The translations under genes were made by a program, and so were the position numbers. A DNA stretch of 64,000 nt from a virus, in the IMG/VR virus record IMGVR_UViG_3300044712_001401, positions 25,066 to 89,065 of that record. The stretch is one strand, 5' to 3'. A model generated the notes under the pieces. It searched no databases and had not been told where the DNA came from. It saw only the letters and a program-made list of their open reading frames with translations. This document shows, in pieces, positions 10,089 to 18,794 of the stretch (positions within the stretch are counted from its first letter, which is position 1; the number at the start of each line of letters is the position of its first letter).

Positions 10089-13035
10089 CGTCGAGCAGTT
10101 TGTCGCGAGATTCATTGCGGCGAACCCGACATTGACGAAGGGGAGCGGAGCAACTCAAGCGTCTCGGCTCGTAAAGATGTTCGACGCGAAATCGGCTCTG
10201 GCCGATCTGTCGCGGCGGTGCATTAATCCGCTCGCGTCAGCGTTCGCGACTGGGGCAATCGTCGAGCGTCGGCTACACCGCGCCGTTTGCGTTGATCACA
10301 AATCCGGCGTCAAGACGACGGCCGAGGATATCGCGAGACGGCTACAAATCGACTTGCCACCGGGGATTTCGATTGGGCAAATGCCGGCGTGGCTCCGCGC
10401 TCGCGCGGCCGAGATTATCCACCGGACGTTCCAGGAGCCCTATTGGCAGCGCATACCCGAGACGACTCGCGACGATATCGAAGTGACGCTCCGCAACTCG
10501 ATCGACGAGGGGCTCTCCGTCCGGGAAGTCTCGCGTCAAATCATGGAGCGACACGGGGACCAATACGACCGATGGCGATCCGTCAACGTCGCTCGCACCG
10601 AGATGACGAACGCGCTCAACGCCGGGCACGTCGAGGGGATTCGCCAGACGGCGCAAGAAACCGGCCTGCGAATTGGCAAGGAGTGGGTGAGCGTGCTCGG
10701 CACCACGACTCGCGAGACGCACGCGGACGCGGACGGGCAGCAGACACCGGACGCGGAGGGAAATTTTACATTGGCCGGCTACGAAGTTCCGTGGCCGGGG
10801 CACTGGTCGCTGCCAGCGTCCGAGCGTTGCCATTGTTTCCCGGCGGGTACTCTGGTGCGTTCTATCGGCTCAACGCAAGCCGTGATGCGGGCATGGTATG
10901 AAGGCGTTGTCTATGAAATTACGACGGTTGGCGGGCGGAGACTTTCCGTCACCGAGAACCACCCCGTACTTACCGCGAGTGGATGGGTCGCGGCTGGAAA
11001 GCTCAAGATAGGCGACCAGTTGTTCGCCACAACGAGACAAGTCGAGTCGTCCGTGGCGAATGAACAAATACAAGACGAACCAACCAGAATTGAGCAAATG
11101 TTCGAGGCGGCGCGAGAGCGATCCGTTTTTGGTTCCGGGGCGTCCGGCTACAAACTCCGCCGGTGCAGTCGTCGAGACTTCTACGGCGATGGGGAATTCT
11201 CGCAGGGCTATGTCGAGATTGTATTGATCGACAGCGACCTGCGTGCGGATCGTGAATCCGCAGCCGACAAGGTACGACGAGACCAAGACTTCTCGCGAGT
11301 AAACATTTACCTGCCGGAGTTGCTTCGTCATGGCGCGGCGGCGTCTTCGTTCAATCGGCTCAGTGGACAAGCGGCGAGCGTTCCAAGCGGCAGAAAGGAC
11401 GTCGTTAGCCAAAGCGGATCGGTCGTCGTCGTCGAGCCCCGACCAGCGGCTACGTTGCCCATCGGAGTACGAGCGGATTTTGCGGCCGTTGGCTCGCAAT
11501 CTTTCGGCGAGCCACGGACGACTCACCCCGTACCGTTCGGCGACGCGCTTAAGGTTCTCGCCTGCGTCGTAGTCGCGGATCATGTCGCTCAAATCGTCGC
11601 GGTCAAGTCGGCGTGTCACGTGTACGATCTCCAAACTGAAAGCGGCCTGATTGAGGCGGGCACTGGCAATGGTGGTGTAATCGTATCAAATTGTCAATGT
11701 AGCGTTATATCGTCCGTCGTCATGGACGAAATCTCCGACGAGCCAAAGCCGGAACCGACACCGGAACCGGAGCCGACGCCACCGCCGGCAGTCGAGCCAC
11801 CGCCGGCGCAAGAACCGCAGCCAATCCCGGCGTGGGAGCCTGGGACGATTCCGACGTCGGACCAACTCGGTGCGATGAGCTACGAGGAACTGCGGCGAGT
11901 GCCTGTCGAACACGTCGTTAACTTGCATCCCGAATTGAACGACGTACATCAGCGGGTATTGAAAGCGGCGGACAAGTTCGACCGGCTTGGCGGCGCACCG
12001 CCGAAGGCGAAGCTCGACAAAGCGGCCGAGGATTACAACAAGGCACACAAGAAGGTTTACGAGCTTGAAGCGAAATGGATGCAAGCCAACGAGCGAGGCG
12101 ACAAGGAAAAGGCGAAGGCGTTGATGGAAAAAATCGACGCGGCTGCGGCGAAGTTTGAGGCGGCGAAGACCAAGTACGCGGGGATGCTCGACAAGCGATT
12201 TAAGGCGAACGAGTTCAAGACACCGGAAGAGGCTCGGCGGTCTTTCCTGGCATCCGTGGGCGTTCCGAAAGGCGAGCGATTGAAAATCTACGGAGTTAAG
12301 GCTCCGATGCATCCGCCAGAATACCGCGTCAACTTGGAGGATGGCGGGTCCGTCGTCGTCCAGTTTCAGGATCAAAATATGCTGCGGACCAGCACCGGAG
12401 ATTGGGACCGCAATTCGCACGTTGGCCGACGAATTGAGGAGGCGAAAAACTTTGTCGAACCACTGATTGCGAAGCGTGGTGTCTTTGCGGAAAGCGAGCG
12501 AATTGCCAACGAAGTGGCGAACGTGCGGTTTCATCTTGGGGAGGAAGGCGTTCGCGCGCATGCGAAAGCTAAAGGGCACGACGTCACGAAATCAGATGCT
12601 CCAAACTATCGCGGTGTTTTTATCTCGCCGTCGGACGACGTGGGGACTGTGGTGCATGAGCTAGGCCACGTCATCGAAGGGGCTCGCGGCGACGGCATGA
12701 CCAAACGTGCCGAGGAGTTTCGGCAATATCGCACGGCGAAGACGCCAGACGTCCCGATGCGAAAGTACAGTCCGTTCTATTCCGAGTGGGAAATTGGCAA
12801 CGAAGATCGATTTCATGGGGTCTTCGATAGCGACGCCAAGCCGGGGAAGGTATATGATGAAAAAGACAACGTTGCGAGGCGTGCTGCGTACACCGGCAAA
12901 GGCTATGGAATGTATGGCACGGAGCTAACGTCGATGGGGCTCGAAGCGATGTATCGCGACCCGTATCGGCTCGCGAAAAACGACCCGGAGTTGTTCAAGT
13001 TCGTGATTGGGGTGTTGCGTGGAATCGTCGAGTAG
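10045..13035 (+). CDS. MuF/SPP1 gp7-like head morphogenesis protein with an intein and a C-terminal HExxH domain
   Basis: VARTE, KEWVSV...TRETHA, ERCH/CQC after intein removal; VHELGH near the C-terminus; start uncertain (possible fusion to portal). Confidence 0.85.
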   Translation: MEGLPTKSVARFKASVEQFVARFIAANPTLTKGSGATQASRLVKMFDAKSALADLSRRCINPLASAFATGAIVERRLHRAVCVDHKSGVKTTAEDIARRLQIDLPPGISIGQMPAWLRARAAEIIHRTFQEPYWQRIPETTRDDIEVTLRNSIDEGLSVREVSRQIMERHGDQYDRWRSVNVARTEMTNALNAGHVEGIRQTAQETGLRIGKEWVSVLGTTTRETHADADGQQTPDAEGNFTLAGYEVPWPGHWSLPASERCHCFPAGTLVRSIGSTQAVMRAWYEGVVYEITTVGGRRLSVTENHPVLTASGWVAAGKLKIGDQLFATTRQVESSVANEQIQDEPTRIEQMFEAARERSVFGSGASGYKLRRCSRRDFYGDGEFSQGYVEIVLIDSDLRADRESAADKVRRDQDFSRVNIYLPELLRHGAAASSFNRLSGQAASVPSGRKDVVSQSGSVVVVEPRPAATLPIGVRADFAAVGSQSFGEPRTTHPVPFGDALKVLACVVVADHVAQIVAVKSACHVYDLQTESGLIEAGTGNGGVIVSNCQCSVISSVVMDEISDEPKPEPTPEPEPTPPPAVEPPPAQEPQPIPAWEPGTIPTSDQLGAMSYEELRRVPVEHVVNLHPELNDVHQRVLKAADKFDRLGGAPPKAKLDKAAEDYNKAHKKVYELEAKWMQANERGDKEKAKALMEKIDAAAAKFEAAKTKYAGMLDKRFKANEFKTPEEARRSFLASVGVPKGERLKIYGVKAPMHPPEYRVNLEDGGSVVVQFQDQNMLRTSTGDWDRNSHVGRRIEEAKNFVEPLIAKRGVFAESERIANEVANVRFHLGEEGVRAHAKAKGHDVTKSDAPNYRGVFISPSDDVGTVVHELGHVIEGARGDGMTKRAEEFRQYRTAKTPDVPMRKYSPFYSEWEIGNEDRFHGVFDSDAKPGKVYDEKDNVARRAAYTGKGYGMYGTELTSMGLEAMYRDPYRLAKNDPELFKFVIGVLRGIVE
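10834..11691 (+). mobile_element. Intein (Hint domain), 286 aa
   Basis: Block A CFPAGT; block B VTENHPV; block F HVYDL; ends in SN followed by +1 Cys; removal restores the MuF Cys motif. Confidence 0.9.
10870..11619 (-). CDS. Antisense nested HTH + DUF559/Vsr-like (PD-(D/E)xK) putative homing endonuclease
   Basis: YDAGENLKRVAERYGVSRPWLAERL (HTH); QVAVDQYNLDIAL...IAVEV...LLNSGWFVLYLF; GGAG 9 nt before GTG 11619. Confidence 0.72.
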   Translation of the reverse strand: MTRRLDRDDLSDMIRDYDAGENLKRVAERYGVSRPWLAERLRANGRKIRSYSDGQRSRWSGLDDDDRSALANDVLSAAWNARRLSTEPIERRRRRAMTKQLRQVNVYSREVLVSSYLVGCGFTIRTQVAVDQYNLDIALREFPIAVEVSTTAPAEFVAGRPGTKNGSLSRRLEHLLNSGWFVLYLFIRHGRLDLSRCGEQLVAYLELSSRDPSTRGKYGVVLGDGKSPPANRRNFIDNAFIPCPHHGLR

Positions 13036-13339
13036 AATTGAACCAAAGCTCACAAAGCGGATTCCGGGCGGACGTCTGGTTGCGACGCTTGATAAGTCGC
13101 TCAAGTTCGTGGTCGCGTTTGAGCCGAGCGACGAAACGCGATTCGACGACCAAATTGAAGCCATTATTCGAGTCTCGCAGCGGATGCTCAACTCCATCGC
13201 GGACATTGCCGCGCGGTCGTTCCGGTTTGGGCCAAGCGACGGAAATAAGTTTGATGGGATCTTGCACGCGGCGGCGTCGGCGGGCGAGTGGACAATTGAG
13301 CGGCCGGAGCCAATCGACGTGGGGGAGGTTGTGTGGTAG
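13007..13339 (+). CDS. Hypothetical protein downstream of MuF (possible immunity/partner)
   Basis: Position and composition only; start uncertain. Confidence 0.4.
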   Translation: MGCCVESSSRIEPKLTKRIPGGRLVATLDKSLKFVVAFEPSDETRFDDQIEAIIRVSQRMLNSIADIAARSFRFGPSDGNKFDGILHAAASAGEWTIERPEPIDVGEVVW

Positions 13340-13569
13340 TCGAAATTGAAAAACGCGAGGATGGCGAGCTAGTCGTAGCGATGGCGGGCGGGGCCGGTGG
13401 CGGTATGGGGGCTGCGTCTTGCGTGCGCGTACGTCCTGACGAGTGGTGGCGTGGGTGGAAATACTCGCGGCTGGAGCGGCTTGCGGGGCGTGGCAAAGTG
13501 GATCTGCAAACTAAAGACCAACGACGCGCGGCGGACGGCGTATCGATTGGCGGCGAACGTCCGGAATAG
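13333..13569 (+). CDS. Hypothetical protein
   Basis: GGAGG RBS and GTG start. Confidence 0.45.
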   Translation: MVVEIEKREDGELVVAMAGGAGGGMGAASCVRVRPDEWWRGWKYSRLERLAGRGKVDLQTKDQRRAADGVSIGGERPE

Positions 13570-13586
13570 CCGAGGAGCATAAGCAC

Positions 13587-14033
13587 GTGGCGAGAGTATC
13601 GGGAGACTTTCTGGGGCTTGTTGGCGAAATGGCGGTGCGCCGAATTGCAATGGTCTACGGCAAGCGAGCCCAACGCAACGGAGGGCGGCTGGAGTTGTCG
13701 CCAGACGAGCACCGATTGTCGCTGGTGTGTCGTACGCTCCATCATCGGTTCCTGTCTCGTAAGTACGAGGCGAGCGAGCGCGAAGTCGACGAGATGCTCG
13801 CGTTGGCAGAACTGCTGGTTGTGGCGCACAAGCAAAACACCCACGGCGTAGCGCCGGGGCCGATTGCTGGTCGCGACGAGCCGAGCCGCTCGTTTGATAT
13901 CGACCGGGCGGCGCTGATTCTCAAGACTGAAACCGAGTTGCCAGCGACGGCATACGCCGAGATTGTCGCGGCGATCCAGGGCGGCGCAATCGACGGTGGA
14001 AATCCGGACGCGATGATCGGCGGCGAGCAATGA
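13587..14033 (+). CDS. Hypothetical protein
   Basis: GAGGAG RBS and GTG start. Confidence 0.55.
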   Translation: MARVSGDFLGLVGEMAVRRIAMVYGKRAQRNGGRLELSPDEHRLSLVCRTLHHRFLSRKYEASEREVDEMLALAELLVVAHKQNTHGVAPGPIAGRDEPSRSFDIDRAALILKTETELPATAYAEIVAAIQGGAIDGGNPDAMIGGEQ

Positions 14034-14302
14034 GCGGCGACGGCTCGAAGTCGTCGGGGCGTTCGTCGGCGGCGATTAACGCAGACGGCGACTCCGCGCG
14101 AGCGCTCGCGTTACTGTTGCGCGCAACGAAGAAATTCCAGGACCGATTTCACGAATCGGTTCGTGCACGCGATACGACGTGGCATCGTCTGGCCGTAAAA
14201 GTCGATCGCGGTCGAATCGTCTCGATTCAATTGATTCTCGACGAGTCGGTGGATGTACCCAAGCCAGACGCGGACGAACGCGAGGCGGAACCAAATAGCT
14301 GA
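14030..14302 (+). CDS. Hypothetical protein
   Basis: ATGA overlap with the upstream gene. Confidence 0.5.
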   Translation: MSGDGSKSSGRSSAAINADGDSARALALLLRATKKFQDRFHESVRARDTTWHRLAVKVDRGRIVSIQLILDESVDVPKPDADEREAEPNS

Positions 14303-14319
14303 CGCGACTTGTGGAATTG

Positions 14320-14348
14320 TTGACCTGCGACCACCGAGTTTGTATTGT
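14320..14348 (+). promoter_or_regulatory. Sigma70-like promoter
   Basis: TTGACC-17 bp-TATTGT in an intergenic region. Confidence 0.5.
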
Positions 14349-14413
14349 GTCGCTAGTGGGCAGGTGACGTCGCTATCTAAAAGCGGCGAAGCGAGGCGAC
14401 AGGCCGGGGAGCG

Positions 14414-14452
14414 GGCCGGCGTCCGTGGCGAATCGGACGCCGGCCTTTTTTT
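14414..14452 (+). terminator. Rho-independent terminator
   Basis: Perfect 12-bp stem GGCCGGCGTCCG/CGGACGCCGGCC followed by T7. Confidence 0.85.
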
Positions 14453-14637
14453 GTTGGCGTGGTGTAGCAAGGTCTTGACGCAGCCACCGATAGGGTACTA
14501 GGCTACGCCGGACGTTCCAGGCGAACCGATGACGAATCACGAGCCGGGGCGGAGTCTCTAGGCGCAGCGTCGAACCCACCCTTTCGACGTTTGCATCTTG
14601 GCTCCGTCTCGGCTCGTTCTTTTTGCGGGTAGAAGCG

Positions 14638-15558
14638 ATGTCGAAAAACTGCTCGTTTTATCTGGGACCGGCGGTAAACCTTTCGGCTCGAAAAGTGCGG
14701 GTCGTTTGCACGAACTATCAACCGCCCGATCTCATTACGCAGCAGACGCTCGCGGGAAACGCGACGACGTTCTCCATCGAACTTGAGGACGATAAGAAAT
14801 ACGAGATTCGCTTGATCGACGTGCGCGGCGGCGTGGACGGTCTCCCGTCGTACCTGCGAGTCGATACGTCTTCCGATTTGATTCCGTTTCAGTCCGGCGA
14901 AATCGTGCTCGTATCGGCGGAGGACACTTCCTCCTCGTCGCTATCGTCGCTGTCGTCGGTATCGTCGTCATCGTCTCGCGGATCGTCGCTCTCGTCCAAG
15001 TCGAGTAGCAGCCGGTCCTCGTCGTCTCGCTCCAGCTCGTCGAGCCAGAGCAGCCTTAGCAGCTTGAGCAGCCTATCGTCGTCGTCGTCTCGCGGCTCGT
15101 CGCTGTCGTCGCTCTCGTCCAAGTCGAGTAGCAGCCGGTCCTCGTCGTCGAAGTCGTCTAGTGGCAGCTCGTCATCGTCGTCGATTACGCAATCGCTCTC
15201 GGCATCGTCTCGCTCGTCCAAGTCGAGCAGTAGCCGGTCGTCTGGTGGCTCGTCGCAGAGCAGCTTGACGTCGTCGCTCTCGTCGCTGTCGAGTTTAACC
15301 AGCAGCCGCTCGTCGTCGTCGTCGATGAAGTCGATGACCGAATCCAGCCTCTCGTCGCTCTCGTCCGTCTCGTCGAGCCGGTCCAGTTTGTCGTCCGTCT
15401 CGTCGAGCCTATCGAGCCAAAGCAGCAGCCGCTCGTCGTCGTCCAAGTCGTCGAGTAGCAGCGTGTCGTCGTTGTCGTCGTCCTCGTCCAGCAATTCCAG
15501 CAGCAACTCCTCTTCGACGTCGAGCCAATCGGTCTCGTCGTCGTCGACGGAACCCTAA
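14638..15558 (+). CDS. Small beta-rich domain plus about 200-aa poly-Ser tail
   Basis: About 95-aa globular N-terminus, then S-rich repeats (SSLSSLSS, SSRSSS) using mixed Ser codons. Confidence 0.75.
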   Translation: MSKNCSFYLGPAVNLSARKVRVVCTNYQPPDLITQQTLAGNATTFSIELEDDKKYEIRLIDVRGGVDGLPSYLRVDTSSDLIPFQSGEIVLVSAEDTSSSSLSSLSSVSSSSSRGSSLSSKSSSSRSSSSRSSSSSQSSLSSLSSLSSSSSRGSSLSSLSSKSSSSRSSSSKSSSGSSSSSSITQSLSASSRSSKSSSSRSSGGSSQSSLTSSLSSLSSLTSSRSSSSSMKSMTESSLSSLSSVSSSRSSLSSVSSSLSSQSSSRSSSSKSSSSSVSSLSSSSSSNSSSNSSSTSSQSVSSSSTEP

Positions 15559-15576
15559 TTTTAGGAGCATCCCGAG

Positions 15577-15957
15577 ATGGCTCGGAACCGTTTGTCCGGA
15601 ATCAACGTGGCGCAAGTGGTGCGTTACGTTTTGCAGGCTCCCGTCGATTCTTTCGATGCGCTGTTTAACGCGGTCGAAGCGTCCATGCAGCGGCTCGGAG
15701 TTCCGTCGAATCGACGAGCACTTCGCGACGTCGGGCACGCGAGCGTCACGATCAACTTGCGTTCGGTGATCGCGTGGGCGGAGGCACTGCCGACGCCGAC
15801 CGAGGACAACCCGATTGCGACGGAGACCGTCGACGCGCTGGTGCAAATTCACGCGGCATGCTCGACTCGCTATCGGGCATCCGGATACACGGCGAAGAAG
15901 CCGTCGGCCGAGGACGTGGCAGCCGTAAACGATTTGGGCGAACGCCAAGGCGAGTAG
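15577..15957 (+). CDS. Hypothetical protein
   Basis: AGGAG RBS and ATG. Confidence 0.6.
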   Translation: MARNRLSGINVAQVVRYVLQAPVDSFDALFNAVEASMQRLGVPSNRRALRDVGHASVTINLRSVIAWAEALPTPTEDNPIATETVDALVQIHAACSTRYRASGYTAKKPSAEDVAAVNDLGERQGE

Positions 15958-16025
15958 ATGCCGGGCGAGCGTCGGTTCGGCTCCAAAAGTTGGGACGTCT
16001 GATTCGGGTCTGGAGGATTAACGCG

Positions 16026-18794
16026 ATGTCGATTCACGAACGGTTGGTGGAGTCGCTCAAGGCGCGAGCCGTGGCGCGCGCGGGCAAGTCGGCGAACGCG
16101 TTCGGCTATGGAATCGGTTTGGCCGAAGCGTACGTCGCTCGCGCGTTTGATGAGCTTGGCTTTGGCGAGACAATCGCAGGAGCCAAGCGAGCGGACATTC
16201 TCGCGGCATCGTCCGGCAAGTTGGTGTACTGCCAACCGGAACTGGAGATTTTCCGCAAGACGACGCGGTCCTCTCAATTTGCGGAGCTACTTCCGGACGG
16301 AATCAAAGCCCCAGACAACACGCTCTTGGTCTTTCAGAACGTGGTGACGACGCCACGCATCGATCGCGACAAAGACGTCTTGGAAACGTCTGGCGGAATG
16401 CTTGACCCGAAGGCTCCGCTGTTGTGGCAGCACCTATACAATCTGCCGCTCGGTCCGGTGCTCGCGACGATTGAGCACACCCCCAAGGCGCTCAAGGTCG
16501 CGTGCGCAATTGTCGACGTCAACGATCTCACATCGGACGCGGCGAAATTTGTGGAGGCGGGGGTGCTCCGTATCTCGCACGGATTCCGGGCGTTGGAGTG
16601 GGACCAGCGCAAGGCGGAGCCGGGGGACGCGATGGGCGAACCGGGCTATCACATCACCAAGTTTGAGATAATGGAAGTCTCGCTGGTTTCCGTTCCGTCG
16701 AACGTCGATGCCGTGATCGAGATGTACGCCAAGGGCTCGCTCTCGTCCGACGTCGCGAAGGCGTGGGCTCGCAAGTCGTACGATGCTCGCCATCGCTCGT
16801 GGCGCGGCGTGACGCTCGACGACGCGAGCCAGACGGCGGTGGCTCCGTCCGGAGTCAAGCGAGTCGTGATTGACGACGCGACGCCGGCGAACGAGACGGA
16901 AGAACCGGCAATCGACTCCGGCGATGTTGATTCGATTTGGGGCAAGTCAATTCCGGGCGGCGCGAAGGCGTTCGACGTCCAACGGCAAAACTTGGAGGCG
17001 TCGCGATTGGAGTACGAGTGGGTGTCGCGTTATCTCGGCACCGAAATCAAGAACGTCACGAGCCGGGACGAGCGAGCGTCGGGGGTGTGGGTCGGTACGT
17101 TCTTGTATGGCGTAGAGGAGGCGTTGGTTGGGCTCGACGCCAAGCAGGATGACTTGCGAAATCTGACGGACGACGGCAAGGAGATGCCACCCGAGTTTGC
17201 GCACGTCGAGCTAAACTCGAAAACGAGCCGCTCGTTCGTCGTCGAGGGGCTGCGTTTTTTTAAGACGGCTCGCGGACATCTGGTCGTCAAGACGTATCGG
17301 ACGTGGCACGGCGTTGGTGTCTGCGCCTATGCGGCGGATCAGCAACTCGCAACCGACGTCATCGATTCAGCGTGGGCTCTCGGGCATCAGAAAAATCTGC
17401 TGCGCTACGAGGCTTTTTCTCTGTCGGGTGAGTTCTTGCCGGCGACGTCCGAGAAGTTTGACGGCTTGTTTTTGACGCCGGAAAACGAGGCGTCAGTGAA
17501 GCGAATCGTCCGCTTGCTCAACGAGAAGGGTGGCGATCTGCCGAATCGCGGAATGATCCTGGCCGGACCGCCGGGGACTGGCAAGACGCTTTCCTCGCGA
17601 ATCGTGCGCAACGAGGCGAACGCGACCTTCGTTTGGATTGCGGCGCGGGACTTTTCGCGATTTGGTGCGTACGGAACCTTCGGGATGGCGTTTGATTTGG
17701 CAAAGGCTCTCGGGCCGTGCGTCTTATGTTTCGAGGACATCGATTCGTGGATCGACGGATACTCGGTCGACCTGCTCAAGACGGAACTGGACGGAGTCGG
17801 GCGTAGTCGTGGCATCGTTACGATGCTATCGACGAATCATCACCAGCGGTTGCCAAAGGCTCTCGTCGATCGGCCGGGGCGGTTCCATGACGTCTTGGTG
17901 TTTGATTTGCCGGACGACGCGACGCGCGCGAAAATGATTGAACGGTGGCTGCCGGAACTTCCGGACGAGTCGCGGGCGCGAGTCGTGGAGCAAACCAAGG
18001 GCTACGCCGGCGCTCATGTTTTCGAGTTGTGCTACTTTGCTCGCGTGCTCGGCGACGACGAGAAGATGGCGGTGGATGCGGCGGTCGATGTCGCGTTGAA
18101 AAAGATCTCGCAAGCCCGCGAATTGGTGGGAGCCAAGTCGGGCGAATCGCTGCAAGTCAAGGCGGCGCGTCCCGTGGCATACAAGCGGCTCGCGTTCGGA
18201 GTCAAGTCGGCGGAGACTCCGAGCGGCGTGGCCGAGGCGGCTCCGCCGCTACCGACTGCGGACGAGACGGTGCTAGACGGCTCCGCACGCGTCCCTGACG
18301 CGTCGAGCGGTGATCCGGGCGACGACACGGCAGAGCCAACCGAAAGCGGCGAGGCGGGCGACGGTGCGTCCGAGACAGGCGAACCGCTTGTCGGCACGTC
18401 GGGCGACCTGGAGACTCCGAAACAATCCGGCGCGAACGTGAGAAAGGCCGGACGCGTCTTGAGCGAAAAGAACTTGACCGCGCTCAAGGAGTGCCAACAA
18501 GACATGGAGCACGTCATCGACAACGAGGAGCTAAGCCGTTCGGGGCTCGCGTTGATGGAGCGGTGCGTGGACAGAATCAAAACGGTGATTTCGACGGCTC
18601 AACCGGAAGTTGGGCCGGTCGTGGACCCGGCGTTGGCCGGGCAGGCGAGTGCGGCGGAGTCGCTCTCGGCAAAGAGTGCGTTTTCGTTGGCGCTGACGTT
18701 GTCATCGAAGCAAGAGCGTCGGCGATGGCGAGCCGCTCTCGATTCGGTGGTGGCTCGGGACGAAGACGATGACGTTATGGCGGATTTGATGTAA
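16026..18794 (+). CDS. HK97-type prohead protease fused to an AAA+ ATPase and scaffold-like C-terminus
   Basis: DRDKDV, PLLWQH, ISHGF and EVSLVSVPSN (protease); GPPGTGKT, CFEDID and RPGRF (AAA); GGAGG RBS. Confidence 0.85.
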   Translation: MSIHERLVESLKARAVARAGKSANAFGYGIGLAEAYVARAFDELGFGETIAGAKRADILAASSGKLVYCQPELEIFRKTTRSSQFAELLPDGIKAPDNTLLVFQNVVTTPRIDRDKDVLETSGGMLDPKAPLLWQHLYNLPLGPVLATIEHTPKALKVACAIVDVNDLTSDAAKFVEAGVLRISHGFRALEWDQRKAEPGDAMGEPGYHITKFEIMEVSLVSVPSNVDAVIEMYAKGSLSSDVAKAWARKSYDARHRSWRGVTLDDASQTAVAPSGVKRVVIDDATPANETEEPAIDSGDVDSIWGKSIPGGAKAFDVQRQNLEASRLEYEWVSRYLGTEIKNVTSRDERASGVWVGTFLYGVEEALVGLDAKQDDLRNLTDDGKEMPPEFAHVELNSKTSRSFVVEGLRFFKTARGHLVVKTYRTWHGVGVCAYAADQQLATDVIDSAWALGHQKNLLRYEAFSLSGEFLPATSEKFDGLFLTPENEASVKRIVRLLNEKGGDLPNRGMILAGPPGTGKTLSSRIVRNEANATFVWIAARDFSRFGAYGTFGMAFDLAKALGPCVLCFEDIDSWIDGYSVDLLKTELDGVGRSRGIVTMLSTNHHQRLPKALVDRPGRFHDVLVFDLPDDATRAKMIERWLPELPDESRARVVEQTKGYAGAHVFELCYFARVLGDDEKMAVDAAVDVALKKISQARELVGAKSGESLQVKAARPVAYKRLAFGVKSAETPSGVAEAAPPLPTADETVLDGSARVPDASSGDPGDDTAEPTESGEAGDGASETGEPLVGTSGDLETPKQSGANVRKAGRVLSEKNLTALKECQQDMEHVIDNEELSRSGLALMERCVDRIKTVISTAQPEVGPVVDPALAGQASAAESLSAKSAFSLALTLSSKQERRRWRAALDSVVARDEDDDVMADLM

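Noticed and set aside
14455-14530. tRNA-like start GGCGTGGTGTAGCAAGGT
   Set aside because: No T-loop (GTTCRA), anticodon arm or acceptor stem could be folded.
14889-15506. Asp/Glu/Leu-rich minus-strand ORFs over the poly-Ser tracts (also 24273..24737, 23951..24271, 34354..34554)
   Set aside because: These are the reverse-complement readout of TCG/TCC/AGC repeats. The plus-strand genes have RBSs, globular domains and operon context.
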